A stretch of 64,000 nt of DNA from Dicyema japonicum. Taxonomy: Eukaryota > Animalia > Dicyemida. The translations under genes were made by a program, and so were the position numbers. The stretch lies in NCBI GenBank assembly GCA_011109175.1, contig RDEW01000034.1, forward strand, positions 584,126-648,125. The letters are read 5' to 3'. Shown in pieces: positions 1 through 12,647 of the stretch; within the stretch, counting starts at the first letter, position 1, and every line of letters begins with the position of its first letter. The notes beneath the pieces are model-generated. The model worked only from the letters and a program-made list of their open reading frames with translations, was not told the origin of the DNA and ran no database searches.

Positions 1-627
1 AAATGAGTGATTAGTTTTACTTCCTTAATTATAGTAATAGCCCTTTCGTAGAGGCGTATTATTGTTTCCACTACTAAACTTTCATTTGGGGAGGACACAC
101 ACTTTATTTAAAAACGAAAGAGAAGTTAGGCTAATTAATCGTAAATGGGGGTCAAAACATTACTGATGTTCTTAACTTTTTTTCTTTTGATTTCCTTAGA
201 CAACCCAGTTGCAGTGAGGTACTAATGGCTGAGTCACTCGTCAAGTCGGAAGCATCGTAAATACATCAAATCTTTAGCCAAATGGACAGCAGCGAGATTC
301 TACAAAGTAATCATTTGAATCCTGTCGGTCACTCATAACACTACGCCGTAATCATTAAATTTGTTAAAAGGATTTGAATTTGAATAATCGATTGAATTTC
401 GGTAATTATTAGAACATTAACTCAACCTTGTCAAAAGTAAATTAAATATTTCAAAGCACTGATCGATAAGTTCAGATTCGTCAATAACATCCTCAATTCT
501 AAGAAGACGGTTGTCTTAATAAACCAACATAAAGTATGACAATTGGTTAAGTGAACCGTAACTGTAGTTATGCTAAAATTAATAAATAATGAATTTAATA
601 TAAAATATAAATTAAAAGTAAAGTGCA

Positions 628-2427
628 ATGAATAATCCCAGAGATTACAATCAAATAAGGTAAATAAGTACACACAACAGATCCGATGACCAACACAAAC
701 ATATAATAGAAAAACTCACCAATAATTCCATCGAACTTAAAAACTCATTCGAAGACCATGAAAATAAATTTTATGAATTTTCAGCAAATAAAAACAAAGA
801 AACCAAAAAAATAATGAACGCTGTCACGAAAAACGTGCGTATTAGATTTTTATTAAAGAACCACAAAATTGAGAACATTAGCGAGAATTTGCAAAATATT
901 GACAACAATAATGCTATAAATATTGATAAATAAAAAAAATGTACATTCATTGAGTAATCCGCAGGAACACACAAATTTGGAGTGCAATGAAGACTTTGAG
1001 AGAAGCCATTCAAGTTCACGACAACGAACTGGGTAACATAATATCGCTTATAAGGGAAAAGTTTTATTTTCACGTAAAATTAGAGAAAATGAGAATTTAA
1101 ATTTGCTTAAAGAACTCAAGAGCAATCAACAAAACAGTCAATTGAAGATAGAAAATCTAAAAAAGTTCCAGAAAGAGCATTCAAGGGATCTACTTAATAT
1201 TCTCGACAACCAAGTCGAGGACCTCAAAAAACAACTAGACCAAAATGAAACTAATTTAAATAAAAAATTAAATTCATTTGAGGAAAAAATAAAAAAAGTT
1301 TTATTTAATTTTATTTTACGACAATTAATTTTCAAATTGAAGAAGTAAAATCCGAGTTTAATCCAGATTCACACTTGTTCGATGTGATACATGCACTTAT
1401 AAAGTCAGAGATCTATAATGTTATACAGAGAATTGATGAAAAAATAGAAGTATGAGTTTTAATAAATTTAAGATATCAGAAAGGGAGATGGTGGGCTCAA
1501 TTATAAATAAGGAAAATGCAGCAATAAGATCTGAGATCAGATCTCTCAGAAAGTCACTACAGGAAATTGAGAGTTCAAAGTTTATAACCTGTAAATAATT
1601 GTTAGAGCACGTGATAAAGCTAAAACTAAAATCGCTTTAAATACGCTTTCTGAAATAATATGCAAAAAAGATGAACTTTTAAGGAAGAAAATCAAAAACA
1701 TTGACACACGTGCAGACGCATCAATCGAAACGGTATTATAAACAATTTAATATTATTTAAATTAAAAAATAATTTATAGAATAATGAAAAAATGATTGAA
1801 ATCATTAAAACCGAAATTGAAAATAATAGCACTAAAATTAAAGATGAATTGAAAAAAGATCAAAAAAGCTTAGTAAATGATGTCAAGAAGATTAAGGAAA
1901 CAATGGAATCCCAAAATTTCCAAGTATCTAACACTTTGTTAATTTCAAAGGATATATTCAACAAATATATATTGAAAATAAATGAACTGATTACAACAAC
2001 TACAAAAAATGAAAAAAACATTGAAAGACTAAAAACTCATTTGAATTCAATGGAAGATAAGGTTGTTTTGAGTTGTGAGTCAAGCTCTCTGTGTTGATTT
2101 CTAAAAGCAACAAGAAAAGTAAAAAAGTACATTATTCTCCTACGGAATATGAAAGTAAGCAAAATGTATATGGTGCCTTTGATGATGTCTTTGGAAAAGA
2201 CAATAAAAAAAGTAAAGAGGATGTAGGTCATTCTCCTCCTGAAGATGAAAGTAAGCATAATGTATATGGTGCCTTTGATGATGTTTTTGTAAGTAAAAAT
2301 AATATATATGGTATCTCAATGATGATTTGTAGACACTGATGATTACACTTATGTGTACTCTAATGCATCGACAATTCCATATATTAAAGAGAAACCTAAT
2401 AAATTTAGTAATAAAAGGAATAAATAA
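628..2427 (+). CDS. Multi-exon gene (possibly disrupted) for an uncharacterised Lys/Glu/Asn-rich coiled-coil-like protein with a C-terminal ~31-aa duplicated motif
   Basis: ATG at 628. GT-AG micro-introns at 660-680 (21 nt), 835-858 (24 nt) and 2062-2084 (23 nt) join exons in frame; the last joins ORFs 1792..2097 and 2091..2339. A probable last intron (gtatctcaatgatgatttgtag) leads to a terminal exon ending TAA at 2425-2427. An in-frame TAA at 931-933 and an unresolved middle region mean the full model is not secure. Confidence 0.55.
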
Positions 2428-2459
2428 TTATTATAACTATTTGGGTTTTTCTAATCATA

Positions 2460-3000
2460 CATTTTGTCTCCAATCCTCTTTAATTTGTTTCTGAATGATC
2501 TCCCCGTTCCTATGAACAATAATGACATGTACTTTCCTATGCTGATGACATAATTTGTAGGGACGTAAATGTCATGCTAAAGAAAGACTACAAGGAACAC
2601 TAAATAACATATATGGATGGTCGTGCGAAAATAGATTAAATGCATGTTACGGAAATTCAGCAGTCACTCTATTCACTAAGAATAGAAAGATGGGAACACA
2701 AACAATTGATGTCACGTTAAATGGAGTGCCTATACCACAAAAGAAAGAAGATACTGGGAGTAACTTTTGATACTTTCCTCTGCTTCTCAGCCCATGTGGA
2801 ATCCATCATATCAACCTGTCCAAAGAAGATCAATTTTGTAAAAGCCTTCCTTTGGAACTGTGGAGGAATTTATCCGCCAGGTGTCGGGACCCTCTACAAG
2901 CAGTATATCGAGCCAACAATAGGCTATGCATGTGCTGCGTGGGGATCTAACCTGGCGGCAACGAACCTAATAAAAATTCAAGAGATCCAGTCATAAGCAT
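2460..3000 (+). mobile_element. Degenerate Jockey/I-type LINE reverse transcriptase C-terminal fragment
   Basis: Frameshifted motifs LSPILFNLFLNDLP, YADD-like, KILGVTFD..F..HV and LYKQYIEPTIGYACAAW (ORF 2721..2996). Confidence 0.75.
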
Positions 3001-3049
3001 TAAAGTTACTGGGAAAATATACAGATAAAGAAATTACCCCAGAACACTC

Positions 3050-4056
3050 GAGTCTATCATAGAGGGAACTGGAGGCAATTTCAGAAGAGGAGGGAATAGT
3101 ACGTATAGAAAAATCCAAATAATCTGTTATTAATTGCTTGAGTGAAAATATATTTAAAAAATATTGTCATAGTAACATGAAAGAAGTAAAACTAGGATGT
3201 ATTGATAATAAATCATTATATGAGTATACAAAAAAGTGGGCTAAAATAACAGAAAATGTAATTGGTAAGTGTAATATAGGGTTATGGAGTAAACAGAGTG
3301 CTGTACATTGCTGAATGTGTGAGTAAAGAAGATAGTGAATATTTGAAAAGTATTTAACTTTATTAGTACAAGTTAAGTATTCACACTTTTTCGAACAGAC
3401 ATGTCATAAATATGGAGTCTCCAGTCCTTCTGGGATGCTCATTAAATATGCCAAAAGATATATTCACTACGTTGAGGTTTGTATTATGATAATCACAGAT
3501 TACAGACCCAGTTATGTTTGATCTCTTCAAATGGCACACAGAGACCACTTGGGGATACCACTGAGGAAGAACATTGTACAAACATAAAAATAATAAATAT
3601 CTCCTATAATGCTAATATTTTGCTTATTTGTAGATTAATAAGAGAATATTCACAAATCCAATATTTATTAACATGAATATTCAACAGACAAATTCCACAA
3701 ATCAAGAAAGGTCCCCCCAAGAGGTCTCCAAAATATTTATAGAACAGTTATTAAACTCAAAATGTTTATTTACAATCTCTCTCCTGTATTTTGCCTTATT
3801 TCAGTTTTAGATAATCACTAAAAGGAATGATTCCATATTGAATGCTATACTTAAATCAGCATCAGAGTATCTCCCACAATCTGGTTACCAATGTAACTGT
3901 TTATCCTTAGGAGTCCTCGACTACTTCTTTTATGAGGAATGTCCCCACTGTAGGGAATTGGATGAAATAATAGCAATTAAAGGCAGATCTCTTGATGAAC
4001 CATTTTCTTCCGAATTGGAGTTTAGTAATCAAAAATCATTTTCCATAACAGACTAA
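3050..4056 (+). pseudogene. Possible disrupted intron-containing gene of unknown family
   Basis: Protein-like stretches (e.g. ORF 3838..4056 with CNC and CPHC motifs) and a plausible 22-nt GT-AG intron (gtttgtattatgataatcacag near 3477-3498). In-frame stops are present and no family was recognised. Confidence 0.25.
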
Positions 4057-4699
4057 TATATTATTTTACAAATATTTTTAATCAAAATATTAACCAATAG
4101 CTATCCCACTAGATCACTGAGATTCTTTTTAAAAGACTATGATGCACTATCATCTCTTTAGAAAACCTGAAAACTATTTTTTCTTCTCCCAATATACATT
4201 TCTTAGGACAAAGTTCTGTTCCCCTCTTCGAACCAACTTTGTTTGTCCTTTTGGTGAATTTACGAAAGTGTCCTATCCGTTAGTTACGTCACTAAGAGGT
4301 TGATAATTATCAAATTAAAGCAGTTAAGTTTTGATTTAATGGGTTATGTACAAATGAGTATGCAGAAAAGGTAAATGAAGGTAAATTCAGAGAATTCTCA
4401 TTCATCAAGTAAAGTGTTTGTTTTCGACATGAAACGTTATTTATTACAAATCAAAAATATTTTGCGTCGAATTAAGACTAAACATATAGATTCCTTATTC
4501 TTTATCAGATCATTGATTGATGGATTCTTTTTGAACTATGTTATCACTTTCTTCTGGTCCTTGCAATATTTCTTAACTGCTGTTCCTATTGGGTGATAAA
4601 GTTGAATCCAATCATAATTTTGTCAATTTACAGTGAGATTGGGCATGTCTTCTAACTATTGTGAATACAGACTATCCTTTACTGACGAAGTTTTTCAAG

Positions 4700-5300
4700 T
4701 TAAGACATGTCATCGAACAAATTACGATCAAGTTAGTTTTTTTGGATAACTCTGGCTAACATATACATCCTTCCACAAGGATCATACCCCATATCCTATG
4801 AGCTTAACTCATTGCTTTCTATTGGGGACCTCAATGCAAGACACCAACTTTGGCTAATCTCACAGTCCTTTTACAACCGGGAATAGACAATTGCAAATAG
4901 TCTCGGTGATGCTGTTTTCCTGAATGATCCTAAAGTCCACACGAGAACCATATTAAGAAGATGTAGTTTGGACATTTCCAGATCATATTCTTTCCTTCAA
5001 GAACTACCGAAAAGTAACCAATTCTGTTTACAAAACTATTTTATTCTCATTACACTCAATAGATAAAGCACACCTTAACCTACTTATGAGAAACACAACG
5101 CAGTTTAAAGGTCTTTTCGAGAGACCTTGATATAAAAGTGAATTACACCGATGAGAGGGCCATATCAGGAAGTATTTTCAGACAAATAAATTCCAGGAGT
5201 CATCGATGAATTGAAGAACTCACTGATTCGGAGTCTAGACAAGATTTCTTCAATTTACATGAAACATTTAAGCCACCATACAATCTCGCACGGATCTTTG
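4700..5300 (+). mobile_element. Highly decayed APE-endonuclease LINE fragment
   Basis: IGDLNARHQLW-like motif near 4820-4855; the rest is heavily degraded. Confidence 0.35.
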
Positions 5301-6249
5301 ATTGGTCTGTTAACTTATTTTGATAAACAAAGTTTAATGAATCAACGGTCCACATAATTGACGTTGTTGTCTGTAAACGAAAACATCACGAAAATTTGAA
5401 AGAACACACTTATCTCTCAAATACTAAAGTTTTAAAAGCAGAAGGGAAATCCTGCTTCATACTATCCCACCATATTACTCATGGTGATTACCCCTCTTCT
5501 TCCCCATTACAACACGTTGCTCGTTCTAGAAGATCGACAACACTAACGATTTATTGTTGACGCCTTTAATGTATTTCAGATCAAGATCACGTTTACCACC
5601 AAACTGAGTTCTCAACGGCTCCCCACTATCTTCATCTCTATTCAACCTGTTTTACAATACAATGTCCTTATTGCAGACCAAATACTGTTTCGCGTCAATC
5701 GTAGCCTTCAAGTCTCCAATGTACCTGGATAGTGCATACAATTATCCGAGTACAAGCAACAAATTCCCTCACAATTTTACGACAATGTGATGAAATACAC
5801 GAACCAAGCAATGAAAACCTCAAAAAGGCTTTCAGAAACTAAATATTTTACTGAAAATAGTCAAGAGAACTTTTTCAATCCAGAAAAATCCTACCAAAAA
5901 ACACCAGTTGGATTTGCTCCCACAGCATGGAGATTCGTGCTGACGAAGCCAATCTCCACCTAATAAATTCACTACACCAGTCAACTATTCAGAACAATAC
6001 AAATCTACCTTTACTTATAGAAGTTATGACCTTTAACTTAGTGACAACCTTTCTATATTTTTCTTTTGATGTTGAGTCTTTGAACATGACAAAAACCCGC
6101 TTCACCTATCTTCATCCGGGCGAAGGAAAGTAGGTCCTGAAGTTCTCCTCCTTAGTCCATTTTCTGTGCAATCACGAACAGAAGCGCACCCGGGCATCAG
6201 AGATGAAATGGAAAACCAATAAATACGATGGGACTGCTAATCATGGTAA

Positions 6250-8690
6250 CTAGTGTAATAAAGCATTTCTCGATATTCTCGTAGGCCAAATGATTCCTGT
6301 TATTTTTCTTAGTTGACCTCTGTGGAACGAGTCTAGTTTTTCCATATCCGCTGATGAGGTCGCCCAAGTTCCAGCTTTATATAAAAGTACGGGTTTTATG
6401 AATGAGTCGTATAATAGGATTCTCATTTTCGTGTTGATGCCTTTTTGATTGAGCCATTGATTCTTAAGTTTATATACCGCAGCATTGGCTAGAGTTTTCC
6501 TAAGTAAAATATCTTCGCTATCTCCCAAAAGTGAACCGAATTTCTTTACTTGTCACCATTTCTCTTCTAGGACGTTACTCATCCATCTTATCTCTGTGAG
6601 TTCTGTTTTCTCTGTTCACAGTAAGAAACCATTCCCCTAATACATCTGGTGCTTTTTCTAATAGGTTTTCCAGGACCTCTTTGTCTTCAGAAATTAGGTC
6701 TACATTGTCCGCGTAGATCACTTCTTCCATCTTTCCTTGGTATACGGTCTAAGTTCCCTCATAGCGGCTTCCAAATAAATTGTGAATAGTAGAGGAGAAA
6801 GAGAGTCTCCTTGTGGAGTGCCCGTGTTTGTTTCAAATTTTCTTGAATAGGTCTTTCCGACTCTCACAAGGAGCTCAGTGTTGGAAAGTAGAATTCGGTC
6901 ATCCTTAGACTCGACTCATCAAGAAATCCGCTCAGTACCCCCATTAATTTGTTCCTGTTAACCGTATCAAAAGCTTTTGATAGGTCAATTCCCAGAATAT
7001 TGGTGGCGTTACGGTATCTTTGATATGTTGCACACCTCCATCTGTGACTCCAGACCGCATCAGCTGTGGATCTCCCTTCTCGAAAACCACTTTGACTATC
7101 TGGTAGGTATTTGTAAGCAGATCCTTTTATTCGTTCAAGCACAATGTTTGCCAAGACTTTGCGTAATGAATTTAGTAGTATGATGGGTCGCAAATTTTCG
7201 AGCGGTCCTCTGTTTTTGTTTTTTTTTATGGGGATTAGTAGTCCCGTACCCAGAGGTAGAGTTGAGTTAGTTGAAAACATTTCATTTAGTAGTGTAGCGA
7301 TTTTTTCAAAAAGGAGGTCAGGGCCGTATTTCAGTAATTCTGGGTTTATCGCATCTGGTCCGGGGCTTCTGTTATTCTTGAGTTTTCGGCAGGCCGTTTT
7401 GATTTCCTCGGCCGTGATTGGTATCTCAAGGGGTCTTGGCCTTCCATCAAATGAGTGGATTTCTATGGTTTTGATGTTGAAAAGCTTCTCAAAGTGAGCC
7501 GCGATGGCTTCAGTTTGTTCTTTGGTGTTCAGTATCAGCTTACCGTTCTCGTCTTTTATGGTTAGTCGACTTCTGTTTGTTCGCCGCAGCAAACGGGCAG
7601 CGACGTACACCTGTGCGTTGTCTTTCACTTTGTTTACTTCTTCTATACAGGAAGCTATTTCTTCTATGAAAAGCTTCTTGTTCAGACCCTTTATTTTTCT
7701 TCTGACACGTTGCTTTCGCCTTGAAGGGCTTTTATCGTATTAGTGTCAGTGGCAATTGATTTTTTCATATTTATTTCTTTTAGACTTTTCGCAAGCTCAG
7801 GAACATCTGGATGAATAGCCTACAGGTGCATTTTACTATTCTCCCCTTTGCCAAGACATGCCTCAGCAGCTTCGTTGATTGTGTCCTTTTGCGTTTCCAG
7901 GCGTCTTCTAACGAGGTATCCATCAATACGTCCTGCATATGAGTCTGAATGTATTGTTGATATCTCTCAGTAGTCTCCGGTTGGAAATCAGCCTTTTCGC
8001 GTAGTCTCTTCTGATTTTCTCAAATTCGTGATTTTTGGCATTCTGTATTTGATGGCATGTTTTTTCAAAGTGAAGGTCGCGATGACCATCTTGTGGTCGC
8101 TGACAGTCGTCGATCCTTCATATGAACGTGCGTTTACTAGAAGGTGTTTGTCTTTAGCCCGGCATATGACATACAATGAGTATCAGTGATGACGACTCAT
8201 ATTCGTTGTACGTCCGTAAGTGCTGAATAGAAGTCGTCTAGTTCTGTCGGATCTTTCGCTACTCTACCGCAGTGTGGCGCATAAACATTTACAATTGTCA
8301 GAAAGCTCTTCGAAGGAGGCAATTCGTTTAGACGGATTTGCATAACACAAATCTGTCATTCACACTCCATATACGGTGGACTGCACTTGTCAACTTTGAG
8401 TGGATAACAAATCCAAGTCCATAATATTTTGAAGTCGCTCAGTTGACATATAATTCGATATTCGCCATATTTCTCATCAAGGCTACAAGTAACTCTCGTC
8501 TCTTGTAGGCACCCAATAAATACACCGTATCTCTCCAGTTCGCCACAGGGAATCTTCCTAGACCAGGTCGTAGATAAGCCTCTAGCATTGAACGTAAGGA
8601 CCTTTAGACGAGATGCATCCCTTTGTATCCTTTGCCTTTTAGACATTTTTCTCAATTGCGATCCAATTAAAAAATGAAGCACGTCACCAC
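6250..8690 (-). mobile_element. RTE-clade LINE (APE endonuclease plus RT), near full-length coding region, frameshifted
   Basis: APE N-terminus LKVLTFNARGL...CLQETRV (8356..8682), SDHKMV (7988..8176), RT with KNNRSPGPD, YRPI-like LRPIILL, QSGFREGRST and DLSKAFDTV (6864..7628), PQGDSLSPLLF and YADNVD, and C-terminus ORF 6250..6528. Confidence 0.92.
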
Positions 8691-8778
8691 CTCACCAAAA
8701 AAATTAATTGTATAATTTAAAGTAATAAATAACATTAAAATATATTTAAAATATAAATTTAAATTTTTTTGTGTGGTG

Positions 8779-9211
8779 ATGAAACTCGTGAGGTTATATA
8801 AATTTATATAATTCATAGTTTTCTTATGAAATTAAGTCATGAGACAGTGACAATCGAATTAAAAAACTGTAGTCAAGTCCATGGAACGATAACAGGCATA
8901 ACTATATTTAAATTTATAAGGTGTTGATAACAGCATGAATACTCACCTAAAGAACGTAAAAATGACCACGAAAGGTGGGGACACGGTGCAATTAGACACT
9001 CTCTCAATCCGTGGAAACAACATCCGCTATTTCATTCTTCCGGATAATCTGGCCTTGGACTCAATGCTGATTGATGATGGACCAAAAATAAAGAAGAGGT
9101 CTGAAGGTTAACTCATTTATATATTTCCAAGAAAGACAGGCTCAAATGAAAGTGGCTGGTAGGACTCGTATTGGAAGAGGCAGAGGAAGGGGTCGTTCAA
9201 GGGGACGATAA
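8779..9211 (+). CDS. SNRPD1: Small nuclear ribonucleoprotein Sm D1
   Basis: Exons 8779-8792, 8819-8895, 8921-9106 and 9132-9211 splice to a 118-aa protein [119 protein letters not shown]. It has Sm1/Sm2 motifs and an RG tail. Introns are 26 nt (GT-AG), 25 nt (GC-AG) and 25 nt (GT-AG). Confidence 0.96.
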
Positions 9212-9539
9212 TTATTGTTACTTTCGTTTTTTAATCTTGTTGTTAAATATGGTTTATTGAGAATTATTTGCTTATATTTGTTATAGGGGGAAGATTGGGG
9301 ATTTGAATAGGTGGTTACTAAGATCATAAGAACAATAATGAGGTATTATTTGGGGACCTTAATGGTGGAAAAGAAACGGCAACAACCAATGTACATTGGG
9401 GATACCCCCATTCGATATTTAATAAAGAGAAAATTGTCGGAATAACATACACTAATGATCTACTCAAAAAATTCTACCATTTTAAGACTAAGAAATTAGA
9501 ATCTTGGAATTAATTTATTATTATCTAACTCCGAAAAAT

Positions 9540-11620
9540 ATAACACCGAAAAGAGGTAGTTAAACTATCTAATTAAGTGATCCAGGTAGATTTTAATAGG
9601 ATAGAGAGCTTTTTGATGTGCTCCTCCATTGTACCCACAGCCTTTCTGAATCTACGACGTTCTTCTTTCATGAGAATTTTGAAAAGTGTGGGCTTTTTCA
9701 CAATATATGAGTAGCGGAGGCTTCTATCACTGATTGGTAGAAGCGATCGGACTCGGAGCCGTAGAGTGATCAAGTCGGAACCATTATTCCGGATAATCGT
9801 GTTGTCAAGTAATGGGAGAAATAATTGAACAGAGAAATGGGTTTTTGCTGTTAGGGAATTTATCTTGCAGAAGTTTGAAATTGAAATTCCGTAAGCCTAG
9901 GAGGCACAAGCATACTCCACCTTCGGGTTCAAGAACTGATGGTACAAGATGGCATCATATTCCTGTGACGGTTGGGTCTGGAAGTTATAAATGTTTTTTA
10001 TAACGTTGAGTTTTCTGAGGCACCTCAACAGAACGTCCTTCACTCGCTGGAAGAAAGAGAGTTAGGGTTCTAGGGTCACTCCCAGTATTCTTGGATATGT
10101 TTTTATTGGAATAATATCTCCATAAAGGTCGATTTCAAACGTATCTTTTTGTCTCCTGTCGCTGGTAATAATTGCATAGGAAGATTGTTAGTGGACACAG
10201 AAAGTCGGTTTTAACGTTTAGGTATGAATGAAGTTCTGATTTTGTCAACGTATTTGTTTCTGCTCGCAATAATTATTAGATCATAAACATGTTTGAAGTA
10301 TTTAGTCCGGACCTCCAGTACAAGGTAAGTCGTTTTAAGTTAAAAAAACGCCAGAGAAAGGGGCGATCCCTGAGGGACACCATACGGGAGGAGACAAGAG
10401 CTCGACTTTGAATATCCTATACACACACGTCCCCTTCGTCCGGTAAGAAAATTGGCTATCCGTCGCTTTAAAGTTGGATGAATGGAGTTAGTAGGATTCT
10501 CGGGACTAAATAAAAATTTCCTTTGGATGTCTAACGAGACTAGTACTATCTGTAGATGCCTTTTGGGTTCTTTAAAGCTTTCTGAGATAAATAGTTTCAA
10601 GGAAGTTAAGTGTGTTGTTGTAGAAGTTCTGACCTGAATCCGTGTTGGTAGTAACAAAAGGGAAAATGAGGTTTAATTTTCCAAAGTACGTGTTTTTCCA
10701 TAGACGCGATAGCACACGGATTAGGGATATCGGACAGTAAGATGAAGGTGAGACTTTCGGTTTCCTGTTTTTAAGACAGTTATGATATGTGAGTTCTTCC
10801 ATTTACTGGAGATAGAGTTCGTGTCTGAGGACAAATTAAAAATTGTAGTAACCGATCTGATTGCAATCTCTCCAAGAAACTTTAGCAGAATTCCAGGAAT
10901 ACAATCTGGACCAGACGTATATGACTTATGGATCTTGATGCCTGTGTAACCTCGGCATGGGTAGAAAGTTATATCCATGAATATAGTTTAGGTACCAAAT
11001 TACGTAGGGGACAGGAGTGACTCTTCGAGAAGTCATTGTGACTTTTTTGCCCAGCCTGATTTCTTATAGTTCTTGAAGGTGGCTTTGTTCTTATGTGGGG
11101 ATTTGAATGGCACAACTTTAGTATAATTGGATTATGATCACTATGGAACTCATAGGAAACGTTCAATGAAATTAGAGGGGCACAAAAGAGGAAGAAATTG
11201 ACAGATAAGGTGAAGTTGGGTTATCATTTTATGGTGTCTTTGTGTGGATGTTTGGGTGGTTTAGAATTACCATTTTTCGAAAGAGTCAACAATTAGAGTA
11301 CCTCTCTTGTCGGTCGATTAGTAAGTTAGCCATTGGGAGTATAATGCGATATGCGATATAGTCCACCGCCATTTCCAAGTCGGTCTATTCTGATGACGGT
11401 AAATCCAGAAAATAATGTGATTACAATCCTTGTAGAAAGTTTAGATTCTTGGATAAAGCAAATGTAGATTTTGTGTTTCGTCAAAAGACTGCGTAGCTCT
11501 ATGATCTTTGATTTTATACCGTTAGCATTAAGCTGCATAATAATGAGGATTTGTGGTGACTTCAATACGAACCACTCATTGTGATTGATAGTAAAAACCC
11601 ATGACAAAAAGGGGGAAGAT
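9540..11620 (-). mobile_element. Degenerate Jockey/I-type LINE (APE plus RT plus 3' end)
   Basis: APE start IIMQLNANGIKSK...CFIQESKL (11326..11607), SDHNPI (10969..11166), RT motifs SGPDCIP, WKNSHII..LK, YCPISL and GVPQGSPLS (10340..10978), and a terminal ORF 9573..9773 homologous to 61099..61290. Confidence 0.85.
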
Positions 11621-11849
11621 GATAATTGAGGACCTTCAAGGTTTCTGCATACTCAACGATCCGGCTTTCCATACAAACACACACACTCGACGAAACAATA
11701 AACCCTCTTCTATAGAAATCTCATGGCTCTTCTTATTGACTGGTCTGTGAAATATGACACCAGGAGTGACCAAAATATTTTTGGAAATCAAAACGAGGTG
11801 ATAATTAATTACAGCCTTGCGAACTGGTCTCTGAACTAGTGACATGGGC

Positions 11850-12590
11850 AACTTAAGAATGCTGGATGCTTCTATGTGTGGGATTCCTAAAGAACTCTAC
11901 GAAACAACTTCACTGGGACAAACTTTTATGCTCAAAGACTATTGATGAGATATAACTTGGCACGTCTGTTTCTACATGGACGAACCGAAGTGTTGCAGGA
12001 CTCACATCATTCTCATGCAACTCATTTGGGACACTTGATGACGAAGCCACAAGAATTGTGGTTTGCTTCCGCCTCGAAATAGATGTTTGTGTGATCAATA
12101 GCTGTAGATGTGGAAGAATGTCGACGATAAAAGTATTCACTCTCTCTTTTGCAGGAAGAGTCGTTAGAGGATTCCGAGAAGCAGTTAAATCATCTGAGTT
12201 ATTGGTGGACAGGACGATTTTGTGTCAAGTTGGAGCCTATCGGATTTCCTTCAGCCAACAAAAAGTATGAAGAAACAAATTTCTTCCCATAAGAAAGTGG
12301 TAGATACGCCACTTGTTTGGATTCTCGGATATCCTATTTGGACATCTAACACAGACTCAGCCTCGGAAAAGACAGATACCATAAAGATGAAGAATTTCGA
12401 ATGTAACAATGGAAAGTTCATTTTTGAACCATTCACCATGGAAACGGCAGGAATCATAAGAAGCATGTCTCTGACCCTGATAAACAGATCAAGAAAAAGA
12501 AAAAGGATAGAAGAGAAAAAAGCTGACCCATTGAGAACGCAATTCCATGCACATCATCGGACCTATTCAATGATTGTAAACCTTTAGTTT
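11850..12590 (+). mobile_element. CRE-like retrotransposon 3' fragment (zinc knuckle plus REL region)
   Basis: GTLDDEATRIVVCFRLEIDVCVINSCRCG and FIFEPFTMETAG match the corresponding motifs of the better copy at 16006..16440 and of 53165..53677. It ends tail-to-tail with the surface-protein gene. Confidence 0.75.
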
Positions 12591-12647
12591 TAGTCAAAAA
12601 TTATTTTAATAAATATTTTATTTAGAGAACCCAATCCAATCAAATTA

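Noticed and set aside
5400-5750. Helitron/PIF1 helicase fragment (FGGK on the minus strand)
   Set aside because: Only four residues match, and the following motif and flanking helicase motifs are absent.
7144-7497. Long ORFs opposite retroelement coding regions (7144..7497, 15118..15540, 15999..16379, 63531..63959)
   Set aside because: These are antisense frames of RTE or CRE coding sequence with no independent protein features.
9209-9260. Ciliate-type code (TAA/TAG = Gln), given Paramecium-sized introns
   Set aside because: SmD1 ends at TAA exactly after its RG tail, and readthrough would add implausible hydrophobic sequence. The standard code fits.
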